DNA from: Bacilli bacterium
Lineage (GTDB): Bacteria; Bacillota_I; Bacilli_A; RF39; UBA660
Length of the DNA stretch: 47,953 bases
Assembly: GCA_028700595.1 (NCBI GenBank)
Contig: JAQVSJ010000001.1
Span: 17,345-65,297 of the forward strand
Direction: 5' to 3'
Shown: in pieces, positions 29,447 through 40,111 of the stretch
How the letters are laid out: every line of letters starts with the position of its first letter
How positions within the stretch are numbered: the stretch's first letter is position 1
Program-made: the position numbers and the translations under genes
Notes under the pieces: generated by a model
The model's database searches: none
What the model saw: the letters and a program-made list of their open reading frames with translations, nothing else
What the model was told of the DNA's origin: nothing

Positions 29447-31128
29447 ACTACCCTCTTAAACAACTTCTCAATTTCATAATAAGAATAAAATATTACAGTA
29501 GGTCTTCCATGTGGACAAGTATATGGATTAGAACAACTATTTAATTGTTGAATTAAACTTTCCATTTCTTTAAAACTAATATTTTCATTAGCTTTTATAC
29601 TCATCTTGCAACTTAATGTAATTGCTATTCTTTCATTAAATCTATCTATATTAAATTCTTTTTCTTTTACTACAATTAAATCCAATATTTTTTTAATTGC
29701 TTCTTCCTCATTACCAATTGGTAACCATATTGGATGACTTCTAAATATTAAAGTGTTTTGACCAAAATCCTCTACTGTAAAACCAAGTGATTCAAATATA
29801 TTAATATTTTCTTTAACAATAATATATTCATTATATGGTAATTCAATATTAATAGGAAAAAGCATAGATGTAACATCATTAGACTTCCCTATAACCTTTT
29901 TATAATACTCATAATTAACTCTTTCCTTAGCAGCATGTTGATCTATTAAATACATACCCATATCATTTTGACAAACTATATAAGTACCTCTAACTACTCC
30001 AACTGGATAAAGTTCAGGTAATTTATCAGAAGAAACATCTATATTTTCTTCTTCAACTTCTTCATTAACACTTCCAAAATCCATCCTTATTTCTTCATAT
30101 AAAGTAGCTTTTTCTACTTCCCTATTTTCAACCTTTGGTATTAATCTAATAGATGACAATCCTTCTTCAATACTACTAATAATGATTTCTTTTAATTGAT
30201 CCATTTTACTAAACTTAATGTCTTGTTTAGTAGGATGTATATTAACATCTATTAAAGTAGGATCAACATATATATTTATAACAACAATAGGATATCTGTC
30301 CTCAGGCTTATAAGTATGATAACAATCGTTTATTACTCTATTTAATTCAATATTTTTAACTACTCTATTATTAACTAAAGTTATAATATGATTTCTATTT
30401 GACTTTGTAATTTCAGGATAACAAATATAACCATTAATTTCATAATCATCATTACTACCATTTATTTCAATCATTTTCTTAGATATTTCTAATCCATAAA
30501 TCTTATTAATAACTTTTAATTGATTATTAGAACCATCAGTATTAAATATAACTTTATTATCATTTAAAAGTGTAAATGAAATAGATGGATAAGATAATGC
30601 TATCTTATTAACAAATTCTACTACATTAGCTAGTTCAGAATATAAACTAGACAAATGTTTTAACCTAGCAGGTGTATTATAAAACAAATCATTAATTATT
30701 ATTATAGTACCTTTTCTGGCTTCACATTTCTTTTTATATACTTCTTTACCACCTTTAATATTTATTTCAGTACCAATATCCCCAGTACTTGTTTTCATTA
30801 CTACATTTGATATAGACGCAATAGAAGGCAAAGCTTCACCTCTAAATCCAAGAGAATGAATCCTGTATAAATCTTCCTCATCATATATTTTACTAGTAGC
30901 ATGTCTTTGAAACGCTAAAGAAGCATCTTCATAATCCATACCTTTACCATCATCTACTACTTTTATTTCTTTTACTCCAGACTCAAGAAGTTCTATTTTT
31001 ATTTTCTTTGATCCTGCATCTATACTGTTTTCAACTAATTCTTTAACAACAGAAACACACTTTTCTACAACTTCCCCTGCTGCAATTTTATTAGATAAAA
31101 TTTCATCCATTATTTTAATATTATTCAT
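29443..31128 (-). CDS. mutL: DNA mismatch repair protein MutL (endonuclease-type)
   Basis: GHKL ATPase region IAAGEVVE...ELVENSIDAG, plus C-terminal DQHAAKERVNYE, SCK and CPHGRP endonuclease motifs. Confidence 0.95.
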   Translation of the reverse strand: MNNIKIMDEILSNKIAAGEVVEKCVSVVKELVENSIDAGSKKIKIELLESGVKEIKVVDDGKGMDYEDASLAFQRHATSKIYDEEDLYRIHSLGFRGEALPSIASISNVVMKTSTGDIGTEINIKGGKEVYKKKCEARKGTIIIINDLFYNTPARLKHLSSLYSELANVVEFVNKIALSYPSISFTLLNDNKVIFNTDGSNNQLKVINKIYGLEISKKMIEINGSNDDYEINGYICYPEITKSNRNHIITLVNNRVVKNIELNRVINDCYHTYKPEDRYPIVVINIYVDPTLIDVNIHPTKQDIKFSKMDQLKEIIISSIEEGLSSIRLIPKVENREVEKATLYEEIRMDFGSVNEEVEEENIDVSSDKLPELYPVGVVRGTYIVCQNDMGMYLIDQHAAKERVNYEYYKKVIGKSNDVTSMLFPINIELPYNEYIIVKENINIFESLGFTVEDFGQNTLIFRSHPIWLPIGNEEEAIKKILDLIVVKEKEFNIDRFNERIAITLSCKMSIKANENISFKEMESLIQQLNSCSNPYTCPHGRPTVIFYSYYEIEKLFKRVV

Positions 31129-31152
31129 AATATCACCATTAAAATTATATCA

Positions 31153-31180
31153 TAAAAAAAAGATATTCTCTCGAATATCT
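31153..31180 (-). terminator. Rho-independent terminator after the lipoprotein gene
   Basis: Minus strand reads AGAUAUUCGAGAGAAUAUCU followed by U8. Confidence 0.75.
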
Positions 31181-31943
31181 AATTAGCATCTTCAACACAA
31201 TACTTAAATATTGCATTTTCCATTACAAAACTATACACTTTTTCAGAACTTTCAATTGTGTAATCATCTTTAAATTTGAATTTAAATACAGATGTTATAG
31301 TTTCAACAAATCTTTCTTGTTTTTCAGAATCAATAAATGTTACAACATTACCCTTAGATTTTAAAACATCCTTATCACATATATCAATATAATCACCATC
31401 TCTAGATACATATGATTCACCATCCATAGATGTAAACATTACATATAAATAATCATCTTCAACATAATAATCATTTTTACCGAATTTATCTACAAATAAA
31501 GATAACAATTCAGCTCCACCAATTGTATAATGTAATCCAAAAGATCTAGGATTTAAATTTTGAACTAAATCACCATCTTTATTAAATGCTAATAAAGTTC
31601 TACATCCTTCTCCTTCACAATTATTTTTATTATAATATGAATCAACAATTATTGTGTTTTTATAAATTGATATTTTTTTAACTTTATAAACATCAGAAAT
31701 CTCTTTTTCAGCAATAAATAATGCTTGCTTATCTTCAACTTTCTTTAATTCAACATCAATATTTTTATCATCCATCTTTAAATTTTTGATTTTAACTCTC
31801 TCATATTCTTTAGTAAAATCACAATCATCATTTAATTCACAAAAGTCAACTTCCCCTTTTTCCTTATAATCAATTGATAAAGTATTACTAGAACAACTTG
31901 TTAAAATTAATAATGAAACAACTAACAAACAAATCTTTTTCAT
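31179..31943 (-). CDS. Putative lipoprotein, 254 aa
   Basis: Signal peptide with a lipobox (LLILTSC). The mature part is acidic and has no recognisable domain. Confidence 0.65.
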   Translation of the reverse strand: MKKICLLVVSLLILTSCSSNTLSIDYKEKGEVDFCELNDDCDFTKEYERVKIKNLKMDDKNIDVELKKVEDKQALFIAEKEISDVYKVKKISIYKNTIIVDSYYNKNNCEGEGCRTLLAFNKDGDLVQNLNPRSFGLHYTIGGAELLSLFVDKFGKNDYYVEDDYLYVMFTSMDGESYVSRDGDYIDICDKDVLKSKGNVVTFIDSEKQERFVETITSVFKFKFKDDYTIESSEKVYSFVMENAIFKYCVEDAN

Positions 31944-31953
31944 ATTTCCTCCT

Positions 31954-33264
31954 TTATGGGTTTAACCTTGTAGGTCCCCTATATATTAATGTTGCCTCTC
32001 TTATATTATCTATACCAAATATCTGCATTAACAATCTTGCTGATCCTATTGCAAATCCACCATGTGGAGGACAACCATATTTAAAGAAATCTAAATAAAA
32101 CTGTAGTGATTTAATATTAATTCCTTTTTCTTTAGCTTGAGTTTCTAATATATCTATTCTATGTTCTCTTTGTGAACCAGTTGTAATTTCTAAACCTCTA
32201 TATAATAAATCAAAACTCTTTGTTAAACCATTTTCATCTAACATATGATAAAAAGGTCTAGCACTATATGGATACTTTGTTATAAATACAAAATCAGATT
32301 TATATTCATCTTTAGCATACTTACATATTAATTCCTCTTCTTTTCTTTCAAAATCTAATTTGTTTTCAGCTTCATAACCATACTTTTCTCTAATTATTTT
32401 TTTAGCATCGCTAAATGTTATTCTAGGAAACTTAACATCATAATTATCTATTTCAATATTAAATACTTTTTTAATATCTTCTCTATACTTATCATTTATT
32501 TTAGAAAAAGTATATTTTAATAATGCTTCTTCATGATCCATAACATCTTCTTCAGAATCAATCCATGCTAACTCAACATCAATCATATTTATTTCAGCTG
32601 CATGATAACTAGTGTGTGAATTTTCAGCTCTAAATGCAGGACCTATCTCAAATACTTTATCAAATCCACTTGCTAGTGCCATTTGTTTATAAAATTGTGG
32701 AGATTGAGATAAGCATGCTGGTGTACCAAAATAATCTAATTTAAATGTCTCAGCACCACTCTCAGCACTCGCTCCACTTATTTTTGGAGTATGTATTTCC
32801 ATAAAATTATTATTAACCCAATATTCTCTCATCGAATATTCCATCAATGTTTGAACTTTAAACAACAAATTATTATCTTCTCTTCTTAAATCTAAAAACC
32901 TATAATCTAATCTTGTTTCTCTTAATGCTGCATCTTTATTTTTAATATCTATAGGCAATTCAGGTAAAGATTTGCTAGTAACTTCAATATTTTTTGGTAT
33001 AATTTCCATACCATTTAATTTAACATTATCATTTTTAAATAATTTACCACTAACTTTAATAGTACTTTCTAATGATAATGTAGATACTAAATCATTTAAC
33101 ACTTTATTACTATCGTTTTTTTCAATAGTAACTTGTACTTTTCCACTACTATCTCTCACTATTATAAATTGAACATACTGTAAATCTCTAATATTATCTA
33201 TAAAACCAGAGAAAACTACATCTTTATCAATATAATCAATTAAATTATTTGCAAATATTTTCAT
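31954..33264 (-). CDS. aspS: Aspartate--tRNA ligase, short archaeal/type-2 form (class IIb)
   Basis: 436 aa with an N-terminal OB fold, motif 2 FRAE and motif 3 GGFAIG..RL. The C-terminal ...RLNP ending is typical of type-2 AspRS rather than AsnRS. hisS-aspS synteny. Confidence 0.7.
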   Translation of the reverse strand: MKIFANNLIDYIDKDVVFSGFIDNIRDLQYVQFIIVRDSSGKVQVTIEKNDSNKVLNDLVSTLSLESTIKVSGKLFKNDNVKLNGMEIIPKNIEVTSKSLPELPIDIKNKDAALRETRLDYRFLDLRREDNNLLFKVQTLMEYSMREYWVNNNFMEIHTPKISGASAESGAETFKLDYFGTPACLSQSPQFYKQMALASGFDKVFEIGPAFRAENSHTSYHAAEINMIDVELAWIDSEEDVMDHEEALLKYTFSKINDKYREDIKKVFNIEIDNYDVKFPRITFSDAKKIIREKYGYEAENKLDFERKEEELICKYAKDEYKSDFVFITKYPYSARPFYHMLDENGLTKSFDLLYRGLEITTGSQREHRIDILETQAKEKGINIKSLQFYLDFFKYGCPPHGGFAIGSARLLMQIFGIDNIREATLIYRGPTRLNP

Positions 33265-33271
33265 ATTACTC

Positions 33272-34531
33272 CTATCTTAAATTTAGATAATCCGATATAT
33301 CAAATATATCCATTTCTACTTCTTCTTTAGTATCATTATCTTTTATCTTAACCTTACCACTCTTTAATTCATCATCACCAATAATTACAAAATACTTAGG
33401 ATTTAACCTATCTATTGATTTAAATTGATTAGTTAATTTTCTATTTTGATAATCAGTTTCAATTTTATATCCTTGCATTCTCAAACTATCAATAATAGAA
33501 TAAACTTCTTCAGGTTCTTCACTTAAATTAGCAACATATAAATCAATTCTATCATTTTTAAATAAATTTATTTCCTCGCAATTAATAGCTAATATTAATC
33601 TTTCTAATCCCATTCCAAATCCCATTCCAGGTGTTTCAGGACCATCTAAAGATTCAACTAAATTATTATATCTTCCTCCACCACATATAGTATTTTGAGA
33701 TCCAAAGCCATCTATATCAGCTTGTATTTCAAATACAGTATGACAATAATAGTCTAATCCTCTTACTAAATTATTATCAACTTCATAATCAATTTCTAAA
33801 GCATCTAAATATTCTTTGACTTTATTAAACCTAATAACACTATCTTCATTTAAATATTCTGACACCTTTGGGCACTTAATCATTAATTCATGATTCATAT
33901 CAACCTTACAATCAAGTATTCTAAGAGGATTCTTGTTTAATCTTTTTTGACAGTCTTCACATAATTCATTAATTCTAGGTTTAAAATAATCAACTAATTT
34001 TTTATTATATAACTTTCTAGATTCAGAATCACCTAATGAATTAATTTTAACTATAACATTCTTTAATCCAATTACTTTTAAAATATTAACTGCCAAACTA
34101 ATTATTTCAGCATCAATTAATGGATTATCATTTCCTAGTACTTCTACACCAAATTGTGTATGTTCTCTTAATCTTCCAGATTGAGGTCTTTCGTATCTAA
34201 ATGCAGATGAAAAATAATATAGTTTTACTGGTTGTTCCGAATTAGCATACATCTTATTTTCAATAAAACTTCTAATAACTCCAGCAGTTCCTTCTGGTTT
34301 TAAAGTTATTTCTCTATCAGATCTATCTTTAAAATCATATGTTTCCTTAGTAACTATATCTGTAGTTTCTCCAACACTTCTATGAAACAACTCAGTATGT
34401 TCATATGTAGGAGTTTTAATAAAATTATAATTATATTTATCACATATATCACTTATTAAGTTTTGCAAATAAATAAATTGTTTTCCTTCTAACCCAAATA
34501 TATCTTTAGTTCCTTTAGGTTTTTGTATCAT
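33272..34531 (-). CDS. hisS: Histidine--tRNA ligase
   Basis: KGTKD, ...FRYERPQSGRLREH..., and GGGRYN motifs. Confidence 0.95.
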   Translation of the reverse strand: MIQKPKGTKDIFGLEGKQFIYLQNLISDICDKYNYNFIKTPTYEHTELFHRSVGETTDIVTKETYDFKDRSDREITLKPEGTAGVIRSFIENKMYANSEQPVKLYYFSSAFRYERPQSGRLREHTQFGVEVLGNDNPLIDAEIISLAVNILKVIGLKNVIVKINSLGDSESRKLYNKKLVDYFKPRINELCEDCQKRLNKNPLRILDCKVDMNHELMIKCPKVSEYLNEDSVIRFNKVKEYLDALEIDYEVDNNLVRGLDYYCHTVFEIQADIDGFGSQNTICGGGRYNNLVESLDGPETPGMGFGMGLERLILAINCEEINLFKNDRIDLYVANLSEEPEEVYSIIDSLRMQGYKIETDYQNRKLTNQFKSIDRLNPKYFVIIGDDELKSGKVKIKDNDTKEEVEMDIFDISDYLNLR

Positions 34532-34599
34532 AATATCCTCCTAAAAAACAAGCACTCTATACTTTACATAATAATTATAACATGCTTTTATTATTTTTT

Positions 34600-36750
34600 T
34601 TATTTAATTATTCTTTCAACATCAATAACATTTTGAATTTTATTAACATTAATTATAAATTTATCTAGTTTTTCTGTATTTTCAACCAATACTATTAAAT
34701 CAAATATATTTTCCTCTCCATTATTAATAGTATTAATATTTTGTATTCCAATATTTGATGTAGAAGCTTTACTAATTAATTCCATTAGAAAATTATCTTT
34801 ATTACTAACTCTAATAACCAAATTAGTTTGATACTTATTATTAGTATTATCATTCCATTTAACATCTATTAATCTCTCATCTATATTAGATATATTATGA
34901 CAATTACTTCTATGTATAGTAATTCCTTTACCTTTAGTTATATATCCAATAATTTCATCACCTTTAATAGGTTTACAACAACTGGCTAAATTAACTTTAA
35001 TTGCATCAATATTACTAACAATAATATCATTTTTAATCTTAATATCATTATAATTATTAGATATTACTTTTTCTAACAATTTATCTTCCTTATTTATCTC
35101 TTCTTTATATATTAAATTAATAATATAAGTTGGAGAATACTTATTGTTACTAATAGATAAATATATTTCATCCATATTTTCTTCAGCCAATTCTTTTAAT
35201 ATTATCTTAATATTATCTTCATTATAAAACTCATTAAATGCTATCTTACTTTTTCTTAATTCCTTTTCTAATAACTCTTGTCCTTTTTTAATATTATCTT
35301 TCTTATCTATTTTAGTATAAAAAGATTTTATTCTATCTCTAGCTTGACTAGTTTTAACAATATTAACCCATTCTTTACTTGGTCCTTTAGAGCTTTTATT
35401 AATATTTACTTTAATAACATCTCCATCTCTTAATTCATAATCAAGAGATACAATATTGTCATTAACAATAGCACCAACCATCTTATCACCAATCTCAGTA
35501 TGTACTCTATATGCAAAATCTATTGGTGTTGATCCCTTTGGTAACTGTATTACATCCCCTTTTGGAGTATATACATATATATCGTTATCATTTAATTCAG
35601 ATTTGATTGTTTCAATCAAATCCTCACCACTAATTTTTTCATCTTTTTCTAATATAGTTCTAAAAAATTGTAACTTTTGTTCACAAAAACTTTTAGTAGC
35701 TTCACTAACATCAACTTTTTCCTTATAAGCCCAGTGAGAAGCAACACCATATTCAGCAATTTGATCCATATCAAAAGTTCTTATTTGAACTTCAAACAGT
35801 TGACCATCTATTCCAAATATAGTTGTATGTAAAGATTGATACATATTCTCTTTAGGCATAGCTATATAATCTTTAAATCTTTTAGATAAAGGTTTAAACT
35901 TAGAGTGTATTAAACCAAGAGATAAATAACACTCTGATTCAGTATCTACATATACCCTTAATGCTAAAATATCGTATATTTCATTAAATCTTTTACCGTT
36001 TTCCATCTTCTTATATATACTGTAAATAGACTTACTACGTCCCTTAATTTGATGCTTAATACCATTATCATTAAGAATATCAGATATTTTATTTTTCATT
36101 TCAATAACTGAATTATCTCTTTCCAATTTACTATTATTTAAATTCTTTACAATATCATAATATACATCTGGTTTTAAATATCTTAAACATAAATCTTCTA
36201 ATTCACTCTTTATATAATGAATACCTAAATGATTGGCTAAAGGTACAAGTATCTCTAAAGTTTCTTTAGCTTTTTCCTTTTGTTTATTTTCAGGTAAAGA
36301 ATATAAAATTCTCATATTATGAAGTCTATCTGCTAACTTTAATATTATAATTCTAGCATCTTCACATATACCTATTAATATCTTTTTATAATAATTAATT
36401 AAATATTCAGAACTAGTAGATAAAGGTATTTTAGAAATCTTTCTAGAGTCTACAACAATACTTAACACTTCTTCACCAAATATATTCTTAACTTCATCAT
36501 CTATATCAGTAGCATGAAGTAAAGCTGCACAAAGAGTTACATAATCAGCTTTAATTTTAGTTAATATATTTGCTACATTCAAAGGATGTAATATATAGTC
36601 TTCCCCATCAGTATTCTTCTGACCTTCATGATATTTATACGCAAAAACATATGCTTTCTTAAGCATATTAATTTTATCTTCATCATCTATATATTTACCA
36701 GCATTTTTTAACAAATCATCAATAGTAATTATTTCCTGTTGCTCATTCAT
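34600..36750 (-). CDS. rel: RelA/SpoT-family (p)ppGpp synthetase; the hydrolase motif looks degenerate
   Basis: Synthetase motifs are intact (GRSKSIYSIYKKM, DILALRV, RFKDYIA, YQSLHT, EVQIRT). TGS and ACT-like C-terminal domains are present. The hydrolase region has HP...LLHATDIDD in place of LLHDVVEDT. Confidence 0.9.
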   Translation of the reverse strand: MNEQQEIITIDDLLKNAGKYIDDEDKINMLKKAYVFAYKYHEGQKNTDGEDYILHPLNVANILTKIKADYVTLCAALLHATDIDDEVKNIFGEEVLSIVVDSRKISKIPLSTSSEYLINYYKKILIGICEDARIIILKLADRLHNMRILYSLPENKQKEKAKETLEILVPLANHLGIHYIKSELEDLCLRYLKPDVYYDIVKNLNNSKLERDNSVIEMKNKISDILNDNGIKHQIKGRSKSIYSIYKKMENGKRFNEIYDILALRVYVDTESECYLSLGLIHSKFKPLSKRFKDYIAMPKENMYQSLHTTIFGIDGQLFEVQIRTFDMDQIAEYGVASHWAYKEKVDVSEATKSFCEQKLQFFRTILEKDEKISGEDLIETIKSELNDNDIYVYTPKGDVIQLPKGSTPIDFAYRVHTEIGDKMVGAIVNDNIVSLDYELRDGDVIKVNINKSSKGPSKEWVNIVKTSQARDRIKSFYTKIDKKDNIKKGQELLEKELRKSKIAFNEFYNEDNIKIILKELAEENMDEIYLSISNNKYSPTYIINLIYKEEINKEDKLLEKVISNNYNDIKIKNDIIVSNIDAIKVNLASCCKPIKGDEIIGYITKGKGITIHRSNCHNISNIDERLIDVKWNDNTNNKYQTNLVIRVSNKDNFLMELISKASTSNIGIQNINTINNGEENIFDLIVLVENTEKLDKFIINVNKIQNVIDVERIIK

Positions 36751-36760
36751 TATATCACTC

Positions 36761-37036
36761 CTAATTATTGTCTAAATTAACTTTTCTATCAATCAAAGAT
36801 ATTTGTTTTTTAATATAATTATCTAACAAGTCCAAATCACAACATAAAATATCATTAACCATTTCTGATAATGTTAAATTACTTGTAGACTTCCATTTAG
36901 ATTCCTTTAAACAATTCCATATATCTTCTTCTTTTATATATGTTTTACCCAACTTATATATATCTCTTTTTCTATTTGATAACGCAGGATAAACTTTTTT
37001 ATATAAATCTAATAAAGAATGAAATTCATTTTCCAT
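36761..37036 (-). CDS. ComN-like post-transcriptional regulator family protein
   Basis: ~91 aa with ...ITEEDIW.CL...KW......LSEMV.DIL-like pattern. Position upstream of rel matches Bacillus yrzD. Start at the ATG at 37036 after GGGTGA. Confidence 0.45.
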   Translation of the reverse strand: MENEFHSLLDLYKKVYPALSNRKRDIYKLGKTYIKEEDIWNCLKESKWKSTSNLTLSEMVNDILCCDLDLLDNYIKKQISLIDRKVNLDNN

Positions 37037-37071
37037 AATATCACCCAATATAATTATATATTAAAATCAAA

Positions 37072-37101
37072 GAAATAAAAAGAGATGATTTATTCATCCC
37101 T
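37072..37101 (-). terminator. Rho-independent terminator after the 37102-37470 ORF
   Basis: Minus strand reads AGGGAUGAAUAAAUCAUCUCU followed by UUUUAUUU. Confidence 0.6.
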
Positions 37102-37470
37102 TTATACAGCTCTTTTAAATATTGATTTTACTTTCATCTTAGGTTTCCCAACATATTCAACAATTAAAGTTGTACCATCATTGTTTTTTATAGTAGTAGC
37201 TTTATAAACACTTTCAGAATACTTGTTAATATTTCCTAAAAACAATCTTAATTCTTTAAAAGCACTTGAAAGTCTTTTCATATTATTTACTTCTGACAAA
37301 CAAGATACTATAGATTCATTTATAAATCTATAATCTTTTTTTAATTCATAAGCTGCTAAATTATAGTAATGATAATCTTCCTTAACTTTTCTAACCATAA
37401 TTTCATAATTTTTTCTATCCTGTTCGCTAATAAATTCAATTATCTTGCTATTCAGGTCACTCTTATTCAT
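37102..37470 (-). CDS. Hypothetical protein, 122 aa
   Basis: Intact ORF with its own terminator. No motif recognised. Confidence 0.45.
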   Translation of the reverse strand: MNKSDLNSKIIEFISEQDRKNYEIMVRKVKEDYHYYNLAAYELKKDYRFINESIVSCLSEVNNMKRLSSAFKELRLFLGNINKYSESVYKATTIKNNDGTTLIVEYVGKPKMKVKSIFKRAV

Positions 37471-37488
37471 AATAATCCTCTCGAATTT

Positions 37489-37986
37489 TTATATTCTTTT
37501 TAATAGTGCTTTCTCAAATTCATCTATAGTAACTTCAGTACGCAAATCACAATTAGCATAAAAATTACTTATAAATGTAGCAATTTGTTCCCTAGTATAA
37601 ACATTTATTTCTGGTAATTGTAATTTTTCTACTTCTTCTTTATCAGCAATAAATACATAATAACCAGCAACACCACCACGAAGTAAATCTTTTTGTCTAT
37701 TTATAATAGCATACTTTGAACCATTATCAAATATATAATGTGCATTAACATTGTCTCCTAATATTCCTTCACAAATATTACTTGTTCTTTTGTCATCTGC
37801 ATATAAAAATAAATCTTCATCATTATTCATTTGTCCATCTTTAAACATTGCAAAACTTAAATTTAAATCTTTATCTGCATAAATTGATAAATAATGATCT
37901 TTACCATTCCCTTTTGATACTTGTAATTCTACACCTAATTTTTCATTATCTTCTTTCCCATTTAGACTAAAAGCTTTCATTTCCAT
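37489..37986 (-). CDS. Hypothetical protein, ~165 aa
   Basis: Start moved to the ATG at 37986 after AAGAGGAG. TGTGTAAAAT, an extended -10-like element, lies upstream. No motif recognised. Confidence 0.45.
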   Translation of the reverse strand: MEMKAFSLNGKEDNEKLGVELQVSKGNGKDHYLSIYADKDLNLSFAMFKDGQMNNDEDLFLYADDKRTSNICEGILGDNVNAHYIFDNGSKYAIINRQKDLLRGGVAGYYVFIADKEEVEKLQLPEINVYTREQIATFISNFYANCDLRTEVTIDEFEKALLKRI

Positions 37987-38048
37987 AATATTCTCCTCTT
38001 TCCTTCTTTTGAAAACATATATTTTACACAAAAATAAAAAAAAGTCAA

Positions 38049-38750
38049 CTATTTTCTCATATACACAGTCTTTTTACTACATTCTAATTTCTCTATTGAA
38101 TATCTTAACATAGTTCTAGGCATTACTTTACAATACTTATCTAAAAATAAATATAGTATATTTAAATCCCTTTTACCAACTTCTCTAAGCATCCACCCTA
38201 ATGCTTTATGAATCAAATCTTCTTTGTTATTTAATAACATCTCACTCATAATAATTATATCTTTATAATCTTTATTTCTAATAAAGAAAAAAGTCGATAA
38301 AATTGCAATTCTAATATTCCACAAATTATTACTTTCAATTAATTTATATAATATATTTCTATCAATCTCATTTTCATAAATATATTTTCCTACAATATTA
38401 GGTGATGACAAATCTACTAAGTCCCAATTATTAATATATTTAGTGTTTCTTAAATATAAATTATATATTTCTTTTCTATCATTTAAATTTTTTTCATACT
38501 TAATTATTAATATAAATAAAGATAACAATCTTATTTCATGATATTTATTTTTTAATAACTTTTCGCAGTCTTTTAAATTAATTTTATTCCAATATATTTT
38601 AGATATTTTTCTTAATACCGGTACTCTAATACCTAAAAACAAATCTCCTTCACCATATTGTCCTTTATCAGTTTTAAAAAATCTTTGTAATATTTTACAA
38701 TCTTCTTCAGACTTTAAACTAATTACATAATCAATCAAATCATTATACAT
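38049..38750 (-). CDS. DNA alkylation repair protein (AlkD-like HEAT-repeat family)
   Basis: ...FFKTDKGQYGEGDLFLGIRVP..., NNWDLVD and ...ALGWMLREVGKRD... patterns. Confidence 0.6.
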   Translation of the reverse strand: MYNDLIDYVISLKSEEDCKILQRFFKTDKGQYGEGDLFLGIRVPVLRKISKIYWNKINLKDCEKLLKNKYHEIRLLSLFILIIKYEKNLNDRKEIYNLYLRNTKYINNWDLVDLSSPNIVGKYIYENEIDRNILYKLIESNNLWNIRIAILSTFFFIRNKDYKDIIIMSEMLLNNKEDLIHKALGWMLREVGKRDLNILYLFLDKYCKVMPRTMLRYSIEKLECSKKTVYMRK

Positions 38751-38757
38751 AATATCC

Positions 38758-38967
38758 TCACTTATTTAGAAATGGTTCTAATTCTTTACCAGTTCCTAAA
38801 TACATAATACATAAACATGTTATTACTCCAATCACAATTAAAGATAATACAACAATAATTGCTGTTTTTTTAGTCATTGCAGGTTTTTCTTCTTTAAGTT
38901 TAGCACCACAATTAAGACAAAAATCCTTATTATCAATCATTTCTTGACCACACTTAGGACATTTCAT
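38758..38967 (-). CDS. Zinc-ribbon membrane protein, ~69 aa
   Basis: CPKCG...CLNCG followed by one TM helix. ATG at 38967 after GAGGTG, one nt after the tgt stop codon. Confidence 0.5.
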   Translation of the reverse strand: MKCPKCGQEMIDNKDFCLNCGAKLKEEKPAMTKKTAIIVVLSLIVIGVITCLCIMYLGTGKELEPFLNK

Positions 38968-38968
38968 A

Positions 38969-40087
<1,119 letters not shown>

Positions 40088-40111
40088 TTATATATATTAA
40101 TTATTTTCAAC

